From Alloprevotella sp. (GTDB lineage: Bacteria > Bacteroidota > Bacteroidia > Bacteroidales > Bacteroidaceae), in the NCBI GenBank assembly GCA_045636405.1, contig JAZTXL010000003.1, positions 3,021 to 67,020 on the forward strand: 64,000 bases of DNA. Reading direction: 5' to 3'. The position numbers and the translations under genes were made by a program. Below are positions 37,001 through 44,182 of the stretch, one piece after another. Position 1 is the first letter of the stretch. Each line of letters opens with the position of its first letter. The notes below the pieces were generated by a model, which saw only the letters and a list, made by a program, of their open reading frames with translations, was not told where the DNA came from and searched no databases.

Positions 37001-37180
37001 GGCGTGCTCAACCTCGAGAACGTAGAAAAGGCTTGGGTTTACAGTGCTGATGGTAAGTTTGTGAAGTTCGCTTCCGAAAATCCCAGCAGCATGAACCTCG
37101 AAGGTCTTGCTCCCGGTGCTTACATCGTGAAGATGCAGTATCAGAACGTAATGCGTACTGCTAAGTTCTTGGTGAAATAA
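34085..37180 (+). CDS. GH85 endo-beta-N-acetylglucosaminidase with GEVED domain and T9SS C-terminal sorting domain
   Basis: 1031 aa; WQYTNLFGSW, PGAWVDAAHRNG, catalytic DGINYNWE (N-x-E), FGTYFTLGNG, QDVVPTYRW; GEVED-like GWIDLNGSGDF...RLRIVFSD; CTD ending YIVKMQYQNVMRTAKFLVK. Confidence 0.87.
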   Translation: MKKKYIAGFVFACSLFGVPVQAQEYSPSATSEIYDFSGFNDVNILNLFYKVWQDGNRRYPTEAEFEAAGIQAQDLAFIRSHVRRAEIMSRADRLVPKTYETRNLFMNIPMDVGKDGSVGHPEGKFLADVYSMWQYTNLFGSWNHGVFSVPGAWVDAAHRNGTDIMSGIKFFESWNAGGDAEYSSFITQKDSKGKFKWVEPLINCLMYFGSDGINYNWEDISYQEEDIINFHKALWVYAKEVGFDNYHSAIYTASSSLTSANADALFGTKENGKTHDTMLNYSGGAFSYSMGSSVLAAEKAMGTTDGLYAGVWIAGMSGRGWDRVDVGDAHRCGLCLWGEHGQSRFMSYNTGDGQFDTQGNYQRLLERGFSGGYRNPASRPVVSDQNLSWERTATAEALETFAGLAEWIPERSAIQGNLPFGTYFTLGNGDRYFYKGKKSYAGNWYNMGAQDVVPTYRWLIYNTGTTTTANNIEVNYTHLDAYTGGSCIELTGKSNSTGNDIILYKTNLKVSGSNPYAKVAVKTIKDVKATNLYVILKKKDSNAWIEVPVGNVAGTTWEEKTLEVPGLATGDVVERIGLRVKGENKDYQLYVGKLEINDNSKVVPAEVSNLTAEVKQETKSSMAVKLYWNVEAQAKTRAAWDLLYNDEANIHHFEVLYKVGEKGAVQQVGTTTQWATLVPNIEFANATDEPYIGVRAVSTDLKTYSEVQWLKVPRANANNLPERKVTYGNYGVSELDEYSEGVDRARALRYLTDVTTSGAVQNLDYHSDTRVLDGTQYVDALDHVLKVKQGQTVSIYLKAYDSTYGPLYSDSGGPDGLRWCFAGGWIDLNGSGDFDKPLPVERTASEIANGKTDTDPEGERIFFAGKVREGSPEIELSGSTYTFKIPEDATPGPSRLRIVFSDAWFAGMFQPVGYYAKGHSIDFSVEIQGSNPGRVVVDTRDQGEAEEPEGLGGTVDAIEQVKSEVSQAAYADGVLNLENVEKAWVYSADGKFVKFASENPSSMNLEGLAPGAYIVKMQYQNVMRTAKFLVK

Positions 37181-37205
37181 TCCATCGAACTGACACACAA
37201 TATGG

Positions 37206-37240
37206 GCGGGTTGCACGTTGAGTGCGGCCCGCTTTTTCTT
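37206..37240 (+). terminator. Intrinsic terminator
   Basis: GCGGGTTGCAC / GTGCGGCCCGC stem plus TTTTTCTTT. Confidence 0.75.
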
Positions 37241-37356
37241 TGTCGCTCTGCGCCGCTCGCTGCTTTCTGGCTCTTGTGAGAACTCTTCTTGCGCCGCCTC
37301 CTTTCAGAGCAGCCTAAACTGCCAACTTTTTTCAGTACACCTCAGTTTGGCTTTTT

Positions 37357-37483
37357 GTAACAAGCCATGTTATACGATATAACGAGCCATGTTACATGTT
37401 GTAACGAGCCGCGTTACATGTTGTAACAAGCCATGTTACATGTTGTAACGAGCCATGTTACATGTTGTAACAAGCCGCGTTAC
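37357..37483. repeat. Tandem array of 6 palindromic 22-bp units GTAAC-N7-GTTAC-N5 (largest, most homogeneous)
   Basis: Unit starts at 37357, 37379 (ATAAC), 37401, 37423, 37445, 37467; consensus GTAAC RAGCCRY GTTAC ATGTT. Confidence 0.96.
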
Positions 37484-37505
37484 GGAATTTCTAAAAAGAA
37501 AATAT

Positions 37506-37513
37506 TATCTTTG
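37506..37513 (+). promoter_or_regulatory. -7 box (TATCTTTG) for the HpaII-like/acyltransferase operon
   Basis: TAnnTTTG 22 nt downstream of the repeat array and 50 nt upstream of ATG. Confidence 0.65.
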
Positions 37514-37563
37514 CAAGCATCTTAAAAACGCCAGCCGCCTTAGGGAGGCATGAAATCAAAAGT

Positions 37564-38646
37564 ATGTTTACAGTAAGTAGAAGAGACCTGGGCGAACTTT
37601 TGGCTTTGTTTCGCCTGGTAGAGGATATGTCCGTGCCCGAGGCTATGGCCGACGGCAAAGCCGCCGAGCAATGTGTGGAGTTTGAGGCCGTGATGCGCGA
37701 GGAAGAGAAGGTGATGAAATGCTATCGCCGCGAGGGCAACGAGGTGCTCATTGAGAGCAGCGACAGCGACGAGACAGTGCGCCTGGACATTGAGGAATGG
37801 CGCTCTGCAGCCAACGGATTTTTCGAGGCGCTGCGCCAGAACGACGACGAGAATCTGGTGCTCGTGGACGACGCCGAGGAGGCTTTTCTGGACAAAGCCA
37901 AAATCTATAGCATAGCCGGAACGGGCGAGGGGCAAAACCATTTGCTGCTGGCCACAGCTGCCGGCTTGCAGCCCGTGGGCGTATGGTTGCGAGTGGGGGC
38001 TTTCCCCACCAAGGTGCTCGATGGCGGAAGATTGGCCAATCTTAAGTTGGAGCAGACCGGTGCGCGCTTTGCCACCCCCATGGCTGCCAAGGTGAACGCC
38101 CTGACCTCTGCGGCCACCGTGCGCGACAGAATGTGGCTCATCGAAGAGATGGGCAGTTCGCTGCGCTATAGCAATGTGGCCGACAAGGTGTTCCGCGCCA
38201 ACTGCGCCATGATAGACCTCCACCTCGGCAGGTTGCTCACAGAGATGGTGCGCCTCTCCTATATGGAAGATGTGGTCCGCCTGGACGAACTCGTGCAGCG
38301 CATGAACGAGATGAACCCGCTCAAGGTGAAGAGCGAGCTGATAGAGAAACACGGATTCTATGAGTACAAGCTCAAGCAGCTGCTCATGGCCTGTGCTGCG
38401 GGTATGCGCCCGGCCAAAATCTATACCGGCGTGGAAGACTTGCCCGCCTATCGCCTGATTGTGAATCCCGACGGCCGCCTTGTGGTCTTCCCCGGCGGAG
38501 AGCGTGCTCGCCTGGCCGACTTCCTTTTCCACCACACACGCCTGGAGCGCGGCAGCATGGAGAAGGATAAGTATGGCGAACTGGAGCGCGAGAACAATGT
38601 CTACTACTTTAAGTTGAATCTGAAAATAGGTCTTACCAAACGATAA
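37564..38646 (+). CDS. Orphan HpaII-family restriction-endonuclease-like protein (catalytic motif degenerate)
   Basis: 360 aa; recalled HpaII-family motifs LLALFRLV, VLDGGRLANLK, VFRANCAMIDLH, FYEYKLKQLL...GMRPAKIYTG, terminal YYFKLNLKI; no methyltransferase adjacent. Confidence 0.75.
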   Translation: MFTVSRRDLGELLALFRLVEDMSVPEAMADGKAAEQCVEFEAVMREEEKVMKCYRREGNEVLIESSDSDETVRLDIEEWRSAANGFFEALRQNDDENLVLVDDAEEAFLDKAKIYSIAGTGEGQNHLLLATAAGLQPVGVWLRVGAFPTKVLDGGRLANLKLEQTGARFATPMAAKVNALTSAATVRDRMWLIEEMGSSLRYSNVADKVFRANCAMIDLHLGRLLTEMVRLSYMEDVVRLDELVQRMNEMNPLKVKSELIEKHGFYEYKLKQLLMACAAGMRPAKIYTGVEDLPAYRLIVNPDGRLVVFPGGERARLADFLFHHTRLERGSMEKDKYGELERENNVYYFKLNLKIGLTKR

Positions 38647-38655
38647 AATATCTCT

Positions 38656-39813
38656 ATGAAAAATATTACATCTACCACCACATTCCTGGATACCAAGCCC
38701 CACTACGACTTGCTTGACGGCTTGCGCGGCGTGGCTGCATTGCTCGTGGTCATCTACCATGTGTTTGAAGGCTTCTCTTTCGCCGAACTCACCAACGGCG
38801 CAGGCGACGGACTCATCCGTACCTTCAACCACGGATACCTGGCTGTCGACTTCTTCTTTATGCTCTCCGGCTTCGTCCTCAGCTATGCCTACGACGACCG
38901 CTTCCGCACCATGAGCCTGGGTGGCTTCTTCAAGCGCCGCCTTGTTCGCCTGCACCCCATGCTGCTTGTCGGCGTGCTCATCGGAGTGACTACTTTCCTT
39001 ATACAAGGCGCAGTGACTTGGAGCGGCGAGGCCGTGGCGCCCCATTGGATTGCCATCTCGGCGGTGCTGGCTTGCTTCATGATTCCCGCTCTGCCCGGCA
39101 TGGGTTACGAGGTGCGCGGCAATGGCGAAGCGTTCCCCCTGAACGGCCCCAGTTGGTCGCTCTTCTTCGAGTATATCGGCAACATCCTCTACGTCCTTGT
39201 GCTGCGTCGTCTCAATAAGACTTTGTTGGCCGTGGTAGTGGCGCTCACCGGCCTCGGATGGGCCTGGTTTGCCCTGACCAACGTGTCGGGCTACGGCTCT
39301 ATGGGAGTGGGCTGGACCATAGATACTGTGAACTTCGGCGGCGGTATGCTGCGCATGCTCTTCCCCTTCGCTTTGGGTATGCTATTGGCACGCCACTTCA
39401 AGCCCCTCTATGTGCGCGGCGCCTTCCTTTGGTGCAGCCTGGCCTTGGTGGCCCTCTTTGCCGTACCTTATATCGAAGGCCAATCGCCGGTGTGCCTGAA
39501 CAGCGTCTATGAGCTGTTCTGCCTCGTGGTGGCTTTCCCCATCATCGTGTGGTTGGGCGCATCGGGTCTGGCAGGCGGCAAGAAAGCCTCAGCCCTTTGC
39601 GACATGCTCGGACAGCTGTCCTATCCGCTCTACGTAATCCACTATCCCTTCATGTACCTCTTCTACGATTTCCTCATCAAGGAAGAACGCTACACGCTGG
39701 CTTCGGCATGGCCCCAGGCATTGCTCGTGGTGACCGGCTGCTTGGTGCTGGCTTATCTGCTGCTTAAGTTCTACGACCTGCCCGTGCGCCGCTATCTGGC
39801 ACGCCGCGTGTAA
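38656..39813 (+). CDS. Acyltransferase family 3 (OafA-like membrane O-acyltransferase)
   Basis: 385 aa; LDGLRGVAALLVVIYH, GYLAVDFFFMLSGFVL, RRLVRLHP, WSLFFEY, GQLSYPLYVIHYP. Confidence 0.92.
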   Translation: MKNITSTTTFLDTKPHYDLLDGLRGVAALLVVIYHVFEGFSFAELTNGAGDGLIRTFNHGYLAVDFFFMLSGFVLSYAYDDRFRTMSLGGFFKRRLVRLHPMLLVGVLIGVTTFLIQGAVTWSGEAVAPHWIAISAVLACFMIPALPGMGYEVRGNGEAFPLNGPSWSLFFEYIGNILYVLVLRRLNKTLLAVVVALTGLGWAWFALTNVSGYGSMGVGWTIDTVNFGGGMLRMLFPFALGMLLARHFKPLYVRGAFLWCSLALVALFAVPYIEGQSPVCLNSVYELFCLVVAFPIIVWLGASGLAGGKKASALCDMLGQLSYPLYVIHYPFMYLFYDFLIKEERYTLASAWPQALLVVTGCLVLAYLLLKFYDLPVRRYLARRV

Positions 39814-39835
39814 GAACAATATATATTGATGCGTT

Positions 39836-39870
39836 GGGGAGCAAGAGGCCATGGCTTTTTGCTCCCCTTT
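39836..39870 (+). terminator. Intrinsic terminator
   Basis: GGGGAGCAAGAG...TTTTTGCTCCCC stem plus TTT, 22 nt after the stop. Confidence 0.7.
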
Positions 39871-39947
39871 AGTTTGTGGCAGGCATATAATATTCTTTAA
39901 TAAATGTTTTTCTGTAATAAAAATGCAAGAGTATATAGGTTTTTATT

Positions 39948-39955
39948 TATCTTTG
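39948..39955 (+). promoter_or_regulatory. -7 box (TATCTTTG) for the second GH85 gene
   Basis: TAnnTTTG in an AT-rich upstream region, 92 nt before ATG 40048. Confidence 0.6.
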
Positions 39956-40047
39956 TACCCTAGACTACACATAATATATATATAGCCTAAGCAAACCCTT
40001 TTTTGAAAAACATATTTTTTATTAACCAATTTATTCACAGTAGTTTT

Positions 40048-43000
40048 ATGAAGAATAAAAAACTTATTCTTGCCGGACTGGCTTTCGTAGCTCTCAGCGC
40101 TTCAGCTCAGGAGTTTAAGGAAGGCTATGTAGAATGGGGTTATGGTAGCGACCAGTATGGTGCTATGATGAAGACCTGGCAGAAGGGTCAAGCGGTTAAC
40201 GCCGATGACAACTTCTTCATCTCTCGCGTAAAACCCCGCGAGCGTTTCCGTAATGTAAACACACAGGTGCGTTCAGACCTGAACGAGACCAACGACAAGA
40301 AACTCTTGTTCTGGGTGCCCATCAACGGTACTAAGAACAATGCCTTGCCCGATGGTGTGTATGATTCAGAAGTGTTCAACATGTGGCCCTACGTTACCCA
40401 CTATGGTAATTGGACTGCAGGTATCGGACGCGTACCCGGTAACTTCCTCGACGTAGCTCACAAGAATGGTGTAGCTGTGTCAGGTGTGGCCGGTATCCCT
40501 TATGGTTCACTTTTCCAATTCCCCGCATGGGAAACTTGTCTTAAAGAGATGGTAGAAGTGGGTGCACAAAAGATCGTGGACTTCCACCACTACTATGGTG
40601 TGGATGGTATCGGCTACAACTCTGAGTTTGGTGGCGGTTTCGCTATCCAGCAAGACTTGATTCCCTTGCACCAAGAGATGACCAAGCTTGCAAGACAAAA
40701 AAATCCATTGTTTGAAAACGTATGGTATGATGGTACCAATGACAATGGTATGATCACCTTCGACCAAGGTCTTGGCACACACAACGATGCTACTTTCGGT
40801 GCCGCAGGCGAAGAGGCTGCCAACTTGTTCTTCAACTACAACTGGAACAGAGAAAGCTTGCTGAGCAACTCTGTAAACTACGCCAAAAATATTGGTCGTA
40901 ATCCGCTCGACCTCTACGCTGGTGTGAACATGCAAGGTGCTGAGCCCGGTACAAACAACTGGCCTCTCCTCCAAAAGTATCCTATCTCAATCGGTCTTTG
41001 GGGCGCTCACAGCGAAAACATGTTCTGGGAAAGCCGCGGCGAAAAGGGTAGCGAGCCCGATGTTAAGCAGCGCACTTACCAGTTGCGTACAGAGCGTTGG
41101 TTCACCGGCGGTACTCGTAACCCGGCTAACACTCCCGCTGTTACCAACTCTATGAAGTACCACGCAGACAACGTTACCTACCACGGTATGTCTACATTCA
41201 TGACAGCACGCAGTGCGATGAAGTGGGACTTGAGCGAAGAGCCCTTCATCACCTACTTCAACCTTGGTAACGGTAAATACTTCAATTGGAACGGTGTTCG
41301 CCAGCACGACAAAGAATGGTACAACATCGGTTCACAGGACTACTTGCCCACATGGCGTTGGTGGTTCACAAAGACTTTGCTTGGCACAGACGTAGTGGCT
41401 AGCGGTCTCGATGCAGAGTTTGTTTGGGATGAAGCTTACGTGGGCGGTTCTACAGTACGCGTATTTGGTTCTACCAGCAGCGAGTATCTCCACCTTTTCA
41501 AGACAGAATATGCTTTGAAGGCCGGCGACGTAGTAACTTTCCGCTATAAGCTTAAGAAAGGTGCTGCTGATGTGAAGTTGGTGTTCACAGCTCTCGGCAA
41601 TGAAAAAGTTGCTCTTGGCAACTATTCTGTGCTTACCTCAGCTGACGAAGCTGATGAGGATGTTTGGGTAGAGCGTCAATTTACTGTCGGCTCTGAGTTG
41701 GACGGTAAAACTGCAGCCCTCATCGCTCTCCAGTTCCAAAATGCTAAGGATATGGAACTCTATCTTGGTGAGCTCTCTATCGTACGCGGTGCTGCTGCTA
41801 CTCCCGCAACTCCTATTGTGGCTAGCTCAGCTCTTCTCTCTAACAGCAAGTTTGGTGTAGATGCTAAGATCATTTTCAACATGCCTAACAACAAGCCCGC
41901 AGGTGAGCCTTGCTACAACCTTGATGTGAAGACTGCGTTCTTCAAAGTTTACGCACAGCAAGAAGGTCAGCAGCCTGTGTTGATGGGCTTCACTACTTCT
42001 TGGGCTGCTTTGGCTTACAATGTGCCCATGAACTTGAAGTCAGCCGACCGTGTTCGTATCGGTGTTAGCGCAGTTGCTCTCGACCACAAGTCAGAATCTG
42101 CAATCGCTTGGAGCAACTACATGGACGCTCCTGCTTATGTTTACGATGACAATATCCAGTGCAGCAAGAACACTATCAAGCCCAACGAAAGCTTTGATAT
42201 GTCTTACATTGACCCGCGTCACGAAAGCGCTACTTGGAAGCTTGTGAGCGCCACTACAGGTAAAGAAGTGTTCAGCGGAGAAGGCCACACTGTAACTTGC
42301 GATGGTCTTGCAGAAACCGGTAGCTACGACTTGCACCTCACAGGTGTGGTTCGCGATGCTGAAGGTGTTGCTTCTACTACTACTCTCACCTTTGGTAGCT
42401 TCGTACAGATTACAGGCGAAGGCGTTGGTGCGCTTCCCGAAATCTATACTCTTACTGCCAATGGCAAAGAGGCTGATATCGAAGTGATGGCAGGCGATGT
42501 TGTTGACTTCGCTTACACCGGCCGTGCAGCAGACGGTGCAGGTTCACAAGGTGTAGACCTCAAGGAAAGACGCTTCGGTGTGAAGGCCGGTGACCTCGAA
42601 CTCCAGGGCAAGAAAGACTTCTCAGTTTCATTCTGGTTGAAGATCAACAAGCTCGCAGTTGGCGAAACTCAGCTCCTCGCTGTTGCTTACAAGCTCGATG
42701 CATGGCCCAAGACTGACTGGGGTTGGTTGTGGTCAAACATCGATGAGACCGGTGCTATGACCAGCTTCACTTGGCGTGGTACAGACCGCACCAACAACAA
42801 TGAGCTCCGCTACAAGTATGACAACACTAAGTTGCCCGTTGGTAACTGGGTACACATCGCTTATACTTTCGACTATGACGAAAGCGGTAAGTTCAAGGGT
42901 GAATACTATGTGAATGGTGTGAAGCAAGAAATCACTCGCTGGAACCGTCAGTCTCAAGGCGACCGCTACAACAATGGCGCTCCCGGTTATGAAGCCGACG

Positions 43001-43797
43001 TATACGAAATCACAGACAAGCAAGTTATCTCTGTCGGTGGTGCAGCCCACGGCCGTGCCGGTATCGACGGTGTAATCGATAACTTCACAATCTGGAACAA
43101 GGTGCTTTCTGAAGACGAAGTTAAGACTTCTATGGGCGACCTCACTGACGCTAACCTCCCCGCTGACGTTCTCGCATTCTGGGGCCTCGAAACTAAGGCC
43201 GGAAGTGAGTTCACCTTCCCCTCTGCAGGTGCTAAGGCCGGTGTACAAGCCGGTTGCCACGACTACACTGCTACAGGCGCTGAAGGCCAAGGCGTATTCG
43301 GATGGATCGAGTCTGAATACACTTCAGGTTGTCCCTTCATCAGCGGTACAGCTTATCCTGTAACAACTCTTCCCACTTGGAAGGCTAAGAAGGCTACTGT
43401 ATCTGAAGTAACCGGTAACGGCGAAGCAGGTTCAGCTAAGGTTTCTTATGCTAAGGCCGGTGACTACGAAGTTACTCTTACTCTTGCCAACTCTCTCGGT
43501 CAAGACCAACGTACATTTGGTGTTATCAAGGTAGGTGCTCCTGAAGGTATCGACAACGCTGCCGGTGCTGAAATGAAGGCTTACACTGTTGACAGCCAGC
43601 TCTTCGTTGAATTGGCAGAGGCAGGCAACTACAGCATCAACGTGTACAACGCAGCCGGTAAGCTCGTTGCTAAGGCAGCTCAGCAGTTCAACGCCGGTGC
43701 TAAGGCACAACTCACTCTCCACCAAAAGGGTGTTTACGTATTGAGCGTAGAAAAGGACGGCAAGGTGGTTCGCACCGTTAAGCTTCTCCGCAAGTAA
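40048..43797 (+). CDS. GH85 endo-beta-N-acetylglucosaminidase with LamG-like, PKD-like and T9SS C-terminal domains
   Basis: Start at ATG 40048 (1249 aa); WPYVTHYGNW, FLDVAHKNGV, catalytic DGIGYNSE, VWYDG, FITYFNLGNG, QDYLPTWRW; LamG FSVSFWLK...WVHIAYTFD...IDNFTIWNKVL; CTD ending GVYVLSVEKDGKVVRTVKLLRK. Confidence 0.87.
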   Translation: MKNKKLILAGLAFVALSASAQEFKEGYVEWGYGSDQYGAMMKTWQKGQAVNADDNFFISRVKPRERFRNVNTQVRSDLNETNDKKLLFWVPINGTKNNALPDGVYDSEVFNMWPYVTHYGNWTAGIGRVPGNFLDVAHKNGVAVSGVAGIPYGSLFQFPAWETCLKEMVEVGAQKIVDFHHYYGVDGIGYNSEFGGGFAIQQDLIPLHQEMTKLARQKNPLFENVWYDGTNDNGMITFDQGLGTHNDATFGAAGEEAANLFFNYNWNRESLLSNSVNYAKNIGRNPLDLYAGVNMQGAEPGTNNWPLLQKYPISIGLWGAHSENMFWESRGEKGSEPDVKQRTYQLRTERWFTGGTRNPANTPAVTNSMKYHADNVTYHGMSTFMTARSAMKWDLSEEPFITYFNLGNGKYFNWNGVRQHDKEWYNIGSQDYLPTWRWWFTKTLLGTDVVASGLDAEFVWDEAYVGGSTVRVFGSTSSEYLHLFKTEYALKAGDVVTFRYKLKKGAADVKLVFTALGNEKVALGNYSVLTSADEADEDVWVERQFTVGSELDGKTAALIALQFQNAKDMELYLGELSIVRGAAATPATPIVASSALLSNSKFGVDAKIIFNMPNNKPAGEPCYNLDVKTAFFKVYAQQEGQQPVLMGFTTSWAALAYNVPMNLKSADRVRIGVSAVALDHKSESAIAWSNYMDAPAYVYDDNIQCSKNTIKPNESFDMSYIDPRHESATWKLVSATTGKEVFSGEGHTVTCDGLAETGSYDLHLTGVVRDAEGVASTTTLTFGSFVQITGEGVGALPEIYTLTANGKEADIEVMAGDVVDFAYTGRAADGAGSQGVDLKERRFGVKAGDLELQGKKDFSVSFWLKINKLAVGETQLLAVAYKLDAWPKTDWGWLWSNIDETGAMTSFTWRGTDRTNNNELRYKYDNTKLPVGNWVHIAYTFDYDESGKFKGEYYVNGVKQEITRWNRQSQGDRYNNGAPGYEADVYEITDKQVISVGGAAHGRAGIDGVIDNFTIWNKVLSEDEVKTSMGDLTDANLPADVLAFWGLETKAGSEFTFPSAGAKAGVQAGCHDYTATGAEGQGVFGWIESEYTSGCPFISGTAYPVTTLPTWKAKKATVSEVTGNGEAGSAKVSYAKAGDYEVTLTLANSLGQDQRTFGVIKVGAPEGIDNAAGAEMKAYTVDSQLFVELAEAGNYSINVYNAAGKLVAKAAQQFNAGAKAQLTLHQKGVYVLSVEKDGKVVRTVKLLRK

Positions 43798-43823
43798 TCT
43801 CTTTTGAGATTCCGCAAATATTG

Positions 43824-43858
43824 GTTCCGCTGCCCGCTTGGGTGGCGGAACTTTTTTT
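43824..43858 (+). terminator. Intrinsic terminator
   Basis: GTTCCGCTGCCC-GCTT-GGGTGGCGGAAC followed by a T7 tract. Confidence 0.8.
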
Positions 43859-43879
43859 GTGTCCTCGCAGCTCCTCGCG

Positions 43880-44040
43880 AGCCATTTTTTGCCTTTGTAA
43901 TTGTCTGAAAATCAGTAGGCATTTTTGGGCGTTTCGAAAGTCTGATCTACGAAAAATTCCGCAAGACCTAGGAAAAATTTCTTAAGACCTAGTTTTTCCT
44001 AGAAAGCTACTAGTTTTTCCTAGTAGCTTACTAAGAAATG
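43880..44040. repeat. Composite CTAGGAAAAA-family element; 43892-44002 is identical to 62733-62843
   Basis: Left module CCTTTGTAATTGTCTGAAAATCAGTAGGC, core TTTCGAAAGTCTGATCT..., tail GTAGCTTACTAAGAAATG; 111/111 identity by manual alignment. Confidence 0.93.
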
Positions 44041-44148
44041 GCAGGTGGTTGGCCGCTCTTCTGAAGCCGATGCCGGCATTTTCCTGCCGCCTTCTGGTGG
44101 AGCGTAGGAAATAGCCGAGTGCGTGCCGCCTTATCTGTTACTTTTGCC

Positions 44149-44156
44149 TATCTTTG
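44149..44156 (+). promoter_or_regulatory. -7 box (TATCTTTG)
   Basis: TAnnTTTG 26 nt upstream of ATG 44183. Confidence 0.6.
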
Positions 44157-44182
44157 CAAAAATTAATAAATTCCAATAAGCT

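Noticed and set aside
37357-37483. GTAAC arrays as a CRISPR or mini-CRISPR array
   Set aside because: The period is only 22 bp, the variable parts are 5-7 nt and near-identical between units, and there is no leader or cas gene; they do not fit repeat-spacer architecture
37564-38646. Functional HpaII restriction-modification system
   Set aside because: No DNA methyltransferase adjacent, catalytic motif apparently degenerate, CCGG not avoided
37540-39045. 501-aa minus-strand ORF
   Set aside because: Antisense shadow of two well-supported plus-strand genes (HpaII-like, acyltransferase); no recognisable motifs; arises from codon bias
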